From a virus: 52,643 bases of DNA. A model generated the notes under the pieces. That model made no database searches, was not told the origin of the DNA, and saw only the letters and a list, made by a program, of their open reading frames with translations. A program made the position numbers and the translations under genes. The stretch lies in the IMG/VR virus record IMGVR_UViG_3300028801_000004; one strand, given 5' to 3'. This document shows, piece by piece, positions 42,434-51,642 of this stretch (positions within the stretch are counted from its first letter, which is position 1; every line of letters begins with the position of its first letter).

Positions 42434-42937
42434 TTACTCCGTGGGCTGCGTTTCTTCAACCGGTTTCGTAGAGCGCCGCGGTGCTTTGCCTGCCGCTGCG
42501 TTGCGCACTTCGACCGCTGGCTGCTCGTCCTCGTCTTCTTCGATCGAGGCTTGGGCGTCACCCGGCGTCGCGAACCACGCACCGCGCAGTAAGTCCTGGG
42601 CGGCCTGGTCCTTCACCAGCTTGCTTTCAAGCTCGTCTTCAACCATGCGATACAACCACTTCGGGAACTCGATGTGCTTGTGCTCATTGGGAATGTCCGC
42701 GCCGGCCGCCGAGCGCCGGTAAGCTTCCGGGTCCGACGTACCGTTAGGGACGTAGCCGCGCGAGGCATACTCCAGCTCTTGGTCGTGATTGTTCACGTAG
42801 ACGGGTGGGAAGCGCACGCCGGAGCCCGGTGCAGCTTTCTTAATCAGGCGGCCATGACTATCAACTTCGTCCTTGGACAGAACGGCAGGCCGATAACCGG
42901 GGTGGGTCATGGCCTTGGGGAATTCGGAAAACGACAT
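42434..42937 (-). CDS. Hypothetical protein with FPK(W/A)(L/M) motifs and an acidic C-terminus (167 aa)
   Basis: ATG 42937 lies 7 nt after AAGGAG. Confidence 0.55.
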   Translation of the reverse strand: MSFSEFPKAMTHPGYRPAVLSKDEVDSHGRLIKKAAPGSGVRFPPVYVNNHDQELEYASRGYVPNGTSDPEAYRRSAAGADIPNEHKHIEFPKWLYRMVEDELESKLVKDQAAQDLLRGAWFATPGDAQASIEEDEDEQPAVEVRNAAAGKAPRRSTKPVEETQPTE

Positions 42938-42938
42938 G

Positions 42939-43139
42939 TCAATCTCCTTGGGGTTGAACGGGCACGACATGCGCGTCACGCCAGCCCTTGATGTTGCCTT
43001 TGATGGAGGCGAGATTCACTTTCTCGGCCAGCCCGAAGAGTGCCTCGGGGTTGTCCATCGCGGGGCCAATCGGCACTTCCATCTTTTGTTCGGTGTCGTG
43101 CACGAAAACCTGATAAAGCTGCTTCTTGAGCGGGGTCAT
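42939..43139 (-). CDS. Hypothetical protein (66 aa)
   Basis: ATGA overlap with the GroES-like gene stop. Confidence 0.5.
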   Translation of the reverse strand: MTPLKKQLYQVFVHDTEQKMEVPIGPAMDNPEALFGLAEKVNLASIKGNIKGWRDAHVVPVQPQGD

Positions 43140-43450
43140 GCTGCCACCTCTTGATACGTGCCCACAATCGCGTCGCGGCGGATCAATGTGAAGATTTCGC
43201 CCTCGACCTTGTGCTCCATGCTGCCCACGGGGCTCAGGCGAACCTTGTCGCCCGGCGCCAAGTCCCACATCGTATCCAGTCGGCCATTCGGCAGCCGCAA
43301 CCCAGGCCCAACCGCCACGACCGTGGCGTCCACGATCTCTTTCACCAGACCATCATCGATCTGAATGCCAATATAAATCCCGCTCGGCGTCACGTCGGCA
43401 GGCTTGTGCATCTTGACCACGATCTGGTCACGTAGGGGGCGAATCTGCAT
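43136..43450 (-). CDS. GroES/Cpn10-like co-chaperonin (104 aa)
   Basis: MQIRPLRDQIVVK....G.....V.AVGPG....G......APGDKV......E....GE.F.L....DIVG is collinear with E. coli GroES (MNIRPLHDRVIVK...VLAVGNG...VKVGDIV...). GAGGA SD upstream of ATG 43450. Confidence 0.75.
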   Translation of the reverse strand: MQIRPLRDQIVVKMHKPADVTPSGIYIGIQIDDGLVKEIVDATVVAVGPGLRLPNGRLDTMWDLAPGDKVRLSPVGSMEHKVEGEIFTLIRRDAIVGTYQEVAA

Positions 43451-43520
43451 CTTTATCCTCAGCATAAGTAGTAAAAACGGTCGTGGAGGCTTTCGCCCAC
43501 CACGACCCAAGAGTGAAGCA

Positions 43521-44960
43521 TTAAGCGCCTGCGATCAAGCCCAAAGTGGCCAAGGCGTTGCGGATCGCGTTACCCTGGTCATCTGCTGCATTGTCCGCGT
43601 TGTTCACGGTCTGATACACGCAGTTCCCGGCGCCCGGCAGCGGCGTTTGGAAGTTGCCGATGGTGTACACCTCGGTCGGCGGCACGATCGGCGCGGTCGT
43701 CAGGTTGGCATAGTTGACCGCCAAAGTGTTGGCCGCCGAGACGCGCACGCCGAGGATCGCCAAGCCACGAGTCGCGCTCGGCTTGTTGATCCATACCGGG
43801 GTACCGACCACAAGCGCGTTCGGCGACGCGATCGTGAAGGTCTGCTCAGCGGTCGTGAGAGCTGCCACCGAGGCCGGAGCCAACGACTGCTGGAACACCA
43901 CGAGCGGGGCCACAGGTGCCAAGCGCGCGGTACGGATGCCGTACACCTCGGAAGCGGTCGGGGTTGCGCCCGTGCCGATGCCCAGGTAGTACAGCGTGGC
44001 CGTGTTGGCCGTTAGCACCGCGCCACCGACTGCTGCAGCGTTGGTGGCGTTCGCACCGTTGGTCGGCTTCGAGATACCGGTCACGATGTCGGTCGCTTGC
44101 ACGCCCGTCAGGGTGGTGCTGCCGCCCGAGGCCACGATGCCTGCGCCAATCGCGCCGACGGTGCCGACGTTGAAGCCATACAGCACGTCGTTATTCACGG
44201 CGTCTAGGCCCAAGGTGGACACGACCGAGTAGGTCTCGGCAGCGGTCGGGGTGATTGCCGCAGCGGTCGGGTTGATGAAGGTGATACCGAGCACGTTGTT
44301 GTTCACCACTCGGCAACCACCGATATCCAGGCCCGCCTGGGCGGTCGGCTTGTTGACTTGCACGAGCGAACCTACTTTCAGGCCCACTACAGCAAATTGC
44401 TGCTCGACGGCTGAATTCGCGGCCACCGCAACCGGCGACAAAACTGCAGTGAGCTTCGCAATACCCAGGCCGCGCAACGCTACAACCCCGTACACCTCGG
44501 ATGCGGTCGGCGTGATGTTACCGCCAGCCGGCACGTTGTCGAACGTGATGCCCAGCGTGTTGCCGCTCGACACCCGCACGTTGCCCACACCGAGACCCGC
44601 TTGCGAGGTCGGCTTGTTCACATACACGAGGTCGCCAGCGGCGAGCAGCATGGTGCCGCCCGTGCCGGACTGGATCGTGAGAGTCTGCTCAGCGGTTGTC
44701 GATTGCGCGACGGCACTGGGCGATTGGGTCGAGCTATAAGTGGCGATGACCCCGGCTCCGAGCCCTCGGGCCAGGGCGGCTTGGGCTGTACCAAACGGTT
44801 GGGTCTGAGGCGTGCCACCGAAGAAACCAATGGCGTCCGGCAGGCCAGCCGAGTTCAAAAGTCGTCCGAGCAACGTCCCCGGCGTACCGCCGTCGGACAG
44901 TTGTTTCGGGAGGTCGTTACCGAAGAGGGTACCTTCGGGTGTCGGGGGATTGCTAGGCAT
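43521..44960 (-). CDS. Capsid decoration/accessory head protein candidate with four tandem ~80-95-aa repeats
   Basis: Repeat consensus AEQ(T/Q)(L/F).I......V.(V/I)NKP(T/S).Q/RGL..G..RV...N.L.I.F.N......TPTA.E(V/T)Y.V occurs four times. The gene follows the coat gene. Confidence 0.55.
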   Translation of the reverse strand: MPSNPPTPEGTLFGNDLPKQLSDGGTPGTLLGRLLNSAGLPDAIGFFGGTPQTQPFGTAQAALARGLGAGVIATYSSTQSPSAVAQSTTAEQTLTIQSGTGGTMLLAAGDLVYVNKPTSQAGLGVGNVRVSSGNTLGITFDNVPAGGNITPTASEVYGVVALRGLGIAKLTAVLSPVAVAANSAVEQQFAVVGLKVGSLVQVNKPTAQAGLDIGGCRVVNNNVLGITFINPTAAAITPTAAETYSVVSTLGLDAVNNDVLYGFNVGTVGAIGAGIVASGGSTTLTGVQATDIVTGISKPTNGANATNAAAVGGAVLTANTATLYYLGIGTGATPTASEVYGIRTARLAPVAPLVVFQQSLAPASVAALTTAEQTFTIASPNALVVGTPVWINKPSATRGLAILGVRVSAANTLAVNYANLTTAPIVPPTEVYTIGNFQTPLPGAGNCVYQTVNNADNAADDQGNAIRNALATLGLIAGA

Positions 44961-44972
44961 TTTGATTCTCCT

Positions 44973-45485
44973 TCAAGTTAGGTAGGCTACGACTGCTGGT
45001 ATTCCAACATCTGCCAAAAGCTTTTCGTAAGCACCAATTCTCACATTGCAAGTGTGGCAGAGCAACCCACGCACTTTCCCGGTTTTGTGGCAATGGTCTA
45101 CATTCCAACGGCCTGCGGCCCATTTGCCAGTCTTCCCTGTTCGACCTACCTCGCTGCTCTTGCACAAGGCGCACTTATTATCTTGCGCTAGCACCATCGC
45201 ATCGTACTGCTCGACAGTCAAACCATACGTGTACTTCAGTTGCCGCTGCCAGCCAAGTCTTGCGTAAGCATACATCTCAGGGTTGTCTACCCTATGCTCC
45301 TTGGCCTTAATCTTGCACGCCTCTCGGTACTTCTCGTTCTTTGCGTAATAAGCGCGCATTTTTTCTTTGTCGCACTCTTTACACTGGTTGCGCAAGTAGC
45401 CGCGCTTTTTATCAGAACACCAGTACTCCGAGAGAGGTAGGCCCTTCTGGCACTTCTTACAAACTTTCGTTGTTTCTGGCTGCAT
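44973..45485 (-). CDS. Endonuclease VII-family (HNH-like) nuclease with N-terminal zinc fingers; free-standing homing-endonuclease candidate
   Basis: CALC....VDHCHKTGKVRGLLCHTCNVRIGAYE is the Endonuclease_7 signature. N-terminal CKKC...CKEC. AT-richer segment. GAGGA SD. Confidence 0.8.
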   Translation of the reverse strand: MQPETTKVCKKCQKGLPLSEYWCSDKKRGYLRNQCKECDKEKMRAYYAKNEKYREACKIKAKEHRVDNPEMYAYARLGWQRQLKYTYGLTVEQYDAMVLAQDNKCALCKSSEVGRTGKTGKWAAGRWNVDHCHKTGKVRGLLCHTCNVRIGAYEKLLADVGIPAVVAYLT

Positions 45486-45504
45486 GATAGTCCTCAGATT
45501 TTGT

Positions 45505-45524
45505 GGTAGAACTTACATTCTACC
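45505..45524 (-). terminator. Hairpin GGTAGAA-6 nt-TTCTACC just after the coat gene; attenuator/terminator candidate
   Basis: 7-bp perfect stem, 30 nt downstream of the coat stop on the minus strand. No clear U-tract. Confidence 0.3.
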
Positions 45525-45553
45525 CCATTCCCGAAAACCTGCAAACCCTTTGT

Positions 45554-46741
45554 TTAGTTGGTTAGCCTGACCCCCAACTCTGGGTAGTATGTTGTTGTAC
45601 CATAGAGAATATCAATTCTAGTCGGAAACACGTAATTCTGTATATCGAAGGCCCGGATGATCGCCATCGAGATGCCCTTGTATTCCTGACGCGCCTTGAA
45701 GTCGACACCTTCGGGCAGTTCCAGCGGCACCGTCACCAAGCCGAAACAGTCCTTCGTGAAGGCCACGTTCTGAGCGTAAGCAGTATTCGCCGAGCCCAGG
45801 ACCGTGATCGCGGCGCCGTTTGCCGGAGACGCGTTCACGGTCTGATAAGCCCCGCTCGTGGTCAGTGCCGGGTACACGGAGATGGTGGCGTTGCCGCTAC
45901 CATCCGTGTTCACAGTGCTGAGCACCACGAAATCTTGCAGCACGCCGGTCGATTGGCGGTTGCGTGGGTTGATGGCGAACACGCCGGCGACCGTGAAAAC
46001 GTCCCCGATGTTCAACAGCCCGGTGACGCTCGTGCCCCAGCCGTTCGTCACGAGCGCGGAGCCGGTCTGCGCGGCGCCGTTAATCACGCCCGAGCCCGAG
46101 TAGTTGCCTACGGTCTGGACCTGGATGTTCGCATCTTCGTAGATCGACAAGTTGGCGATCTTGGCCAGGAAGCCCTTCAAAGCGGGTTCCGCGACCGAGT
46201 TCACGAACAAACCGGTCAGGCCCGAAGCGATCGACCAGTAAGCGGCCGGGTTCAAGATCAAGGTGCGATCATCCTGGGGCATGGCGCCTTCATCCATGCG
46301 CCGACCGATCAGAGCCACCGAGTTCGCGAACGTGCTCGGTACCGTGCCCGGGGTGCCCACTTCGTTGAACAGCGTCACGAAGTTGCCGAGAATGTCGAAG
46401 TCCAACTGGTTGGCGAGCTGCGAGGCTGCGGGCTTCAGATAGCGCTCCGAGAATTCCTCGATCACCAGCGTCAGCTCCTGGTTCGAAAACTGGAAGTCGA
46501 CGTGCTTTTGGTTACTGATCGTGATACTGGTCGACGGCTCCACAACGTCCTGAATCGAGAGACCCGGGCCCGAGGTGACCGTGAACTGGTTTGGCTTACG
46601 CACGGTGAGCGTCGAGCCAATTTTCACGAATTGGTTTTCAAATTGGCGATTAACCTTGCCGGCCGCGACCAGGTTGTTCTCCAGGATCACCAGCGTCTCC
46701 TTCGAAATGATGGAGGGGGTGAGGACGTTGTTATTGCTCAT
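45554..46741 (-). CDS. Major capsid protein, P22 coat (gp5)-like
   Basis: N-terminal LTPSIISKETLVILENNLVAAGKVNRQFENQF...G.T..VRKP is typical of the P22-coat family. 395 aa. Follows the scaffold gene. Confidence 0.85.
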   Translation of the reverse strand: MSNNNVLTPSIISKETLVILENNLVAAGKVNRQFENQFVKIGSTLTVRKPNQFTVTSGPGLSIQDVVEPSTSITISNQKHVDFQFSNQELTLVIEEFSERYLKPAASQLANQLDFDILGNFVTLFNEVGTPGTVPSTFANSVALIGRRMDEGAMPQDDRTLILNPAAYWSIASGLTGLFVNSVAEPALKGFLAKIANLSIYEDANIQVQTVGNYSGSGVINGAAQTGSALVTNGWGTSVTGLLNIGDVFTVAGVFAINPRNRQSTGVLQDFVVLSTVNTDGSGNATISVYPALTTSGAYQTVNASPANGAAITVLGSANTAYAQNVAFTKDCFGLVTVPLELPEGVDFKARQEYKGISMAIIRAFDIQNYVFPTRIDILYGTTTYYPELGVRLTN

Positions 46742-46790
46742 GGTGCTAAGCTCCTTGAATTGCGGCCGGGCTTATACCGTCCGACCGCGG

Positions 46791-47648
46791 TTAAGTTTTT
46801 CTACTGCCGTTGCGTTTTGCTGCGTACTCTTCCATCGAAAGCTCTTCGTCGCTGCGCGTGGCCGGCGATCCATTCCCAGTCAAGGGCTTGATCGGCGGCG
46901 GCGCTTGGCTCACGCGCGGCGCTTTGGGCGCCAAGGCCGTGGCCTTCAACACCCCCAACTCCACCAACTGCTGGTGCGGCGACATCTGGGCGATCTTGTC
47001 GGCCAACTCAGGGTTTTTCCCAAGGTGGTAGAGCAATTGCGGCCCTTTGTCATCCAGCGCAATTGCGCTCGCCATCGTCGTCGTCACATGCAGCGCTGGG
47101 TTCTCGGCCACCTCGGTGAAATCAGGCGACTCCAACATCAACTGCTGTCGGCGCGTCTGGTAATCCGTGATGATCTTCGCCTGCTGCTGCGTTGCCGCAC
47201 GCTGCGCCGCTTCCTGCGCGCCCGCTTCCTGCGCCTGCTTCAGCCCCAACTTCACTGCACGCTCGGTAACCTGTTGCGTGTACACAGCCATATCGCGCTG
47301 GTACTGCTCCGGGTCTTCGAACGCTGGCGGCGTCGGTGCCACATCTTCCACCACTGGCTTCTCGACTACCGGCACCGGCTTCGGTGCTGCGCGCTCCAGC
47401 GCCTCCAGCGCGATCCGTAAGTTACGGTCCGACTCCTGGCGCGCTTGGCGCTCGGCGTCCCGCTCCTTCGTGATCTCACTAAACCGGACCTTCACCTTAT
47501 CAACGGGCTCAGCGCTCGGCTCTACAGGGGTTACGACTTCACCCTCGACCGGCTCGACAACGCCCGGTTGTTCTACTGTCTCTACCGGAAGCTCAGCCTC
47601 TACTGCACTGCCAGCCGGGTCGACGACTTCACCTGTTACATCACTCAT
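46791..47648 (-). CDS. Scaffolding protein
   Basis: Acidic, Ala/Glu/Gln/Lys-rich helical 285-aa protein between the portal and coat genes. Confidence 0.7.
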   Translation of the reverse strand: MSDVTGEVVDPAGSAVEAELPVETVEQPGVVEPVEGEVVTPVEPSAEPVDKVKVRFSEITKERDAERQARQESDRNLRIALEALERAAPKPVPVVEKPVVEDVAPTPPAFEDPEQYQRDMAVYTQQVTERAVKLGLKQAQEAGAQEAAQRAATQQQAKIITDYQTRRQQLMLESPDFTEVAENPALHVTTTMASAIALDDKGPQLLYHLGKNPELADKIAQMSPHQQLVELGVLKATALAPKAPRVSQAPPPIKPLTGNGSPATRSDEELSMEEYAAKRNGSRKT

Positions 47649-47739
47649 GGCTCTTCTCCAAGACCTGCGCGCTCACGGTGTGCGGCCAAGCACATCACGC
47701 CATGCAGGCTGGGTTGCCGGGAATCCGTCCCGGATGCGG

Positions 47740-50031
47740 TTACTGAAATCCTGGTTGGGTTACGGGGGACACCGGCAACGCTGCTGGATTCCCCGGCATG
47801 GCTGGCGCTCCTGGCGCCACGCCACCCTGTGATGCACTGTCTGGTAAAGCTGGGCGCGTCTGGTCAGTCAGGGCGACGGCGTTGCGCACGTCCTCGGCCC
47901 CGATCTGCACCATCTTCGTCTTGGCATCGACCATGACTTTCATGATCTTAGCCTCGAAATCCCTATCGATTTTTTGCTGCTTGATCGCGCGATCGCCGCG
48001 CTGATCTGTGAGGTCCTTCAACATCTGGATCCGCTCAGCGGCCAACTGCGCGACCTGAGAGGTGAGCGCCTTGACGAAGCCAGCAATCTGCGGCGGGAGG
48101 TCGCGGGGGTCCGGTGCCAGCAATTGCGGCGGCAGCGCCTTGACCAGGATTTTGTACGCCTCGTCGGCCCCCGGCCAGTCGCTGTACTTAGCGATCAGGT
48201 GCGCGATCAAGGCGCCTTGTTGCGGCAACGCCTTGGCGAAATTCATGAGTTGTTCGGATGCTTCGATGCGCTTGGTCGCGTAGGACGGCCCAATCGTAAC
48301 GGTGACGCCATACTCTCCGATGCTCGGGTCGAATATCAGGCGCTCGGCTACGTTCTTGTTTTGGGGCTGATGTTGCATCGGCTTGCCGCCTTCCGGGTCC
48401 AACGTCACGCGATCTTCGCTACCATCCTCACGCAGGATCGTAACCACTCGTTTGCGATCATAGACTTTCGGAATCATATCCACAAGTATCCGACCGATGT
48501 GGCGCAGCGACCGACACGCGTTGTCCATAAAATGATACGAGCCGATGTCGACGTTGCGGCGAATTTCCTTCAGCGCCTTGCCCGATTCATCATAGAGCCG
48601 GTCTTGGGCGGTCGCGTCGAATCGCACGCCTGTCGTGGCCATCATGTCCTGCTGGCTCGACTGCTCGGCCTGCACAATACCTTGGGGGATCCCCACCATC
48701 GGCTGACGCTGCGGCGGGCCAATCGGGATGCCTTCGAGGGACACCGGGTTGTACTCCAGCGTGGTGAAGGTCTTGATATGGGCGTTCTCCCACTCGTACT
48801 CATGGCCTTCTTTCTGCCCTTCGGCCATGACCCACGGCGCCTTGGGGGCGAGCGCCACCATCTCGGTCTTGGCCGTGGCCCAGTAGTTTTTCATACGCTG
48901 GGCATCTTTCACGTTGCGAATCATGCCGCTGCGCAGCACTTTGCCCTGCACATCGATCTCTTCGCCGAGAAACTCGATGATCGGGATCCAGCGGCTTTGC
49001 CACTTCTGCTCTTCCAGCACCTCCAAGGCCGTGATCTTGCGCCACATGATGGTCTGAACCTCGCTCATACGCTCGTCCAGGATCTCGATCTTACCGTCGG
49101 TGATGTCAGCCTTGATCTCAGGGTCGAGGTCGTCGTAGAAGCCCTCGTGGCCTGTGGAGAGCTGCACCAAGCGCTTCATCTCATGCTCGACCGTGAAGTA
49201 CTCAGCAATGCGCACGAAATCCTTCTGAATCCATTGCTGGAGGTCGTCGCCCGAGCCGCGCTCGGTCCAGCCCAAGATGCTGGCATTCGGGTACTTCTCT
49301 TCGTACTCGTCGCGTGCTAGAAGGTCGCTGATGAATGCGTACTTGGCATCCGAGCCGTCCGGCTCCTGGCGCTCGGGGTCCAAGTACACGCGGAAAGCGT
49401 TGCGGATGCGCTGGATCACGATCACCTGATCGAAGCTATTCTCTTTTTCATACTCAGTCAGGATACGGCAATAGCCGAAGCCGATGTCCACCGCAGAGGT
49501 GATCGCAGTGTCGTAGGCAATATCGGCTTGGCAGTCGCGCTCGATCGCGTTGATCATGCCGGCGAACGCCAGAGCACCCTCTTTGTCCGATACGCCGCCC
49601 ATTGGTGAGATGTTGATCGCGGGGCGGTTCTGGCGCAGGTCGTTCGAAACCTGGTGCACGAGCGTGGGGATCGTGTTGATCGTCAGGCATGGGCGCTTGT
49701 CATTGCTGCGCTGCTGCGCGACGTCGGCGGGCCACTGATCGCCGGCCTTGAACTTCAAGTCTTCCAGCGCCTTTTTCCGGTTCTCGTCCTCGGCTTCCAG
49801 ACAGCGCTTGAACCGCTTGCGCGCGGTGGCGAGCAGCTTGTCGTCGGCGCGCTTCTTGCGCTCGTCTTCATTGCGCTTTTTCTTCTGCTCGCCGTGTGTG
49901 TCTTGGAGGTTCTCATCCATGGACTTGGCATCACCCGGGGGCTTGTTGGCCGTCGAGTAGTTCTTGATCGTGCCCGGGGTACTCGCGGGGATGCCGATGC
50001 CTGGTGTGGCCTGTTTTTTCTTCGTAGCCAT
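47740..50031 (-). CDS. Portal protein (P22-like)
   Basis: ALEDLKFKAGDQWPADVAQQRSNDKRPCLTINTIPTLVHQVSNDLRQNRPAINISP is the conserved portal N-terminal signature. 763 aa. Downstream of TerL. Confidence 0.9.
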   Translation of the reverse strand: MATKKKQATPGIGIPASTPGTIKNYSTANKPPGDAKSMDENLQDTHGEQKKKRNEDERKKRADDKLLATARKRFKRCLEAEDENRKKALEDLKFKAGDQWPADVAQQRSNDKRPCLTINTIPTLVHQVSNDLRQNRPAINISPMGGVSDKEGALAFAGMINAIERDCQADIAYDTAITSAVDIGFGYCRILTEYEKENSFDQVIVIQRIRNAFRVYLDPERQEPDGSDAKYAFISDLLARDEYEEKYPNASILGWTERGSGDDLQQWIQKDFVRIAEYFTVEHEMKRLVQLSTGHEGFYDDLDPEIKADITDGKIEILDERMSEVQTIMWRKITALEVLEEQKWQSRWIPIIEFLGEEIDVQGKVLRSGMIRNVKDAQRMKNYWATAKTEMVALAPKAPWVMAEGQKEGHEYEWENAHIKTFTTLEYNPVSLEGIPIGPPQRQPMVGIPQGIVQAEQSSQQDMMATTGVRFDATAQDRLYDESGKALKEIRRNVDIGSYHFMDNACRSLRHIGRILVDMIPKVYDRKRVVTILREDGSEDRVTLDPEGGKPMQHQPQNKNVAERLIFDPSIGEYGVTVTIGPSYATKRIEASEQLMNFAKALPQQGALIAHLIAKYSDWPGADEAYKILVKALPPQLLAPDPRDLPPQIAGFVKALTSQVAQLAAERIQMLKDLTDQRGDRAIKQQKIDRDFEAKIMKVMVDAKTKMVQIGAEDVRNAVALTDQTRPALPDSASQGGVAPGAPAMPGNPAALPVSPVTQPGFQ

Positions 50032-50255
50032 TATGCCGCCTCAAGATAGACGGGGCCGGGCTCCTGGCGCGTGGCAATTGCCGCTTCCAGTGCCTCCAAA
50101 CCTTTCGTTCGCCACGCGCGCTTCTGCATTCCTGTGCCTTCTTGTGGGACGATCACAAACAACTCATCGTGTTGCTCATTGCGCATGGAGATTCGCGCGA
50201 CGTTCATGCCGTGCGTGATCGACCAGTAGCGGTAAAGGTTGTAGGCCATGGCCAT
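50031..50255 (-). CDS. Small hypothetical protein between terminase and portal (74 aa)
   Basis: ATG 50255 lies 1 nt after the TerL stop. Its stop shares 1 nt with the portal ATG. The upstream part of the 196-aa ORF-track entry is a shadow of terL. Confidence 0.5.
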   Translation of the reverse strand: MAMAYNLYRYWSITHGMNVARISMRNEQHDELFVIVPQEGTGMQKRAWRTKGLEALEAAIATRQEPGPVYLEAA

Positions 50256-50256
50256 C

Positions 50257-51642
50257 TCAGACCCCCAGCCAAGCCGAGCCGCCCGACACCGGGCGCGCTT
50301 GCATCGGCCTTGCCTTTGAAGTCTTACGCGCAGCCTGTACGATACCAGGGAACAGCTCGCTGAATGCCCAGACCATCGCGTCGGCGCGGTTCGGGCTCGA
50401 CGGGCCGACATAGCCCCCCGTGGTGAACGCGCATAACTCGTCTTCGAGATCGTTGAACTTGCCGGCGAACCGGATCTTACCCTGTTCGGTGAGAGAGGCG
50501 ATCGGCTCAGCCCTAACCGCCTTGCCTCGTGACGCCGTGACCTTCTTGAACGGTACGTCGGGCTTGGAGGCCCGGACCACGAACTTGACCATCTCACCAC
50601 CGTAGTTCGTCTCCCCCACAATCAGGTCGGCCGCGTGTCGGTCGTACGCGGTCGTGGCGACATTGCCCCAGGTCTTGGGGCCTGTGTTGATCGTCAGATC
50701 CTCCAACACGTAACCCTTGCCGTCGGTACCGACACCACACACCATGATACCAATCGGGTCGTGACCAGAGTTATCCTCATCACCTGAACCCGAGGGATCG
50801 ACGGCGACCACGATGCGCTGCATGTCGGGGACTTCGCTCGCGCGCGCGGCATCGATCATTTCGATTGTCCACAACGCATTTTCCGTCACGTCGCCGTACT
50901 TGCCATCGCGGAATCGCGTGCGCATACGGGCAGGCAGGCGGTCGAGGGAGTCCAGGTAATCCTGGTCCAGGTTTTGTATATTATCGATCGGATTCATCAT
51001 CATCGACGCGTGGCGCTTACGGTCGACGGGCTGCTTGTCCACCGGGTCCATACCCTTCTCGAAGAGCTGGTAAGTCCAGTGAGCTTGCGAGGGGGGATTG
51101 CAGTCGTACAGCATCTTGCGACGCAGCGCATGTTCCACGCCGTCCTGCACGTACACGGCCTTTTGCGCCAAGCGCGTGACGACCAGGTTGCGGGAGGCAT
51201 AGGGAATCTGGCTGCACTCACTCAGGAAGATCGTGGCGTATTCCTGCCCCAGGATCTTCTCGGCGCGCTCTTTATCATCCAGGCCGCCGAACCATATCTG
51301 GCTACCATTGGGCATCTGGGCGTACCAGTCAGTCTTGTCCATGTGGGCGATGACGCCAGGGAAGCACAGCTTCATCACCTTGGGGAACGTGTCGAGCACG
51401 ATTGCGCTTTTGACGTGGTTGAAGCGTAGCCTGAGCACGGCGTGCCGGCTCCCGGGCGCGGCTAGCGCGCGCAGGACGATGGTGCGGATGATAAGAAAAG
51501 TTTTTCCGCTGCGGGAGCCTCCCTCAAGCATGATGTGTATAGCTTCGCTGCCGATCAATGCCATCGCCTCAAGCTGCTTTTCAGTCAGCTTGAATTCCTC
51601 CTGTACAGGAGGCTCGTCGAGGGTGACGAGATCTTCGCTCAT
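50257..51642 (-). CDS. terL: Terminase large subunit
   Basis: Walker A GGSRSGKTF. Nuclease-domain pattern in the C-terminal half (VAVDPSGSGDE..). 461 aa. Confidence 0.9.
   Translation of the reverse strand: MSEDLVTLDEPPVQEEFKLTEKQLEAMALIGSEAIHIMLEGGSRSGKTFLIIRTIVLRALAAPGSRHAVLRLRFNHVKSAIVLDTFPKVMKLCFPGVIAHMDKTDWYAQMPNGSQIWFGGLDDKERAEKILGQEYATIFLSECSQIPYASRNLVVTRLAQKAVYVQDGVEHALRRKMLYDCNPPSQAHWTYQLFEKGMDPVDKQPVDRKRHASMMMNPIDNIQNLDQDYLDSLDRLPARMRTRFRDGKYGDVTENALWTIEMIDAARASEVPDMQRIVVAVDPSGSGDEDNSGHDPIGIMVCGVGTDGKGYVLEDLTINTGPKTWGNVATTAYDRHAADLIVGETNYGGEMVKFVVRASKPDVPFKKVTASRGKAVRAEPIASLTEQGKIRFAGKFNDLEDELCAFTTGGYVGPSSPNRADAMVWAFSELFPGIVQAARKTSKARPMQARPVSGGSAWLGV

Noticed and set aside
50256-50621. 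Upstream two-thirds of the 196-aa ORF 50031-50621
   Set aside because: It overlaps the terL 3' end in another frame with Arg/Ser-rich composition. Only the last 74 codons (from ATG 50255) fit the gene-junction pattern.
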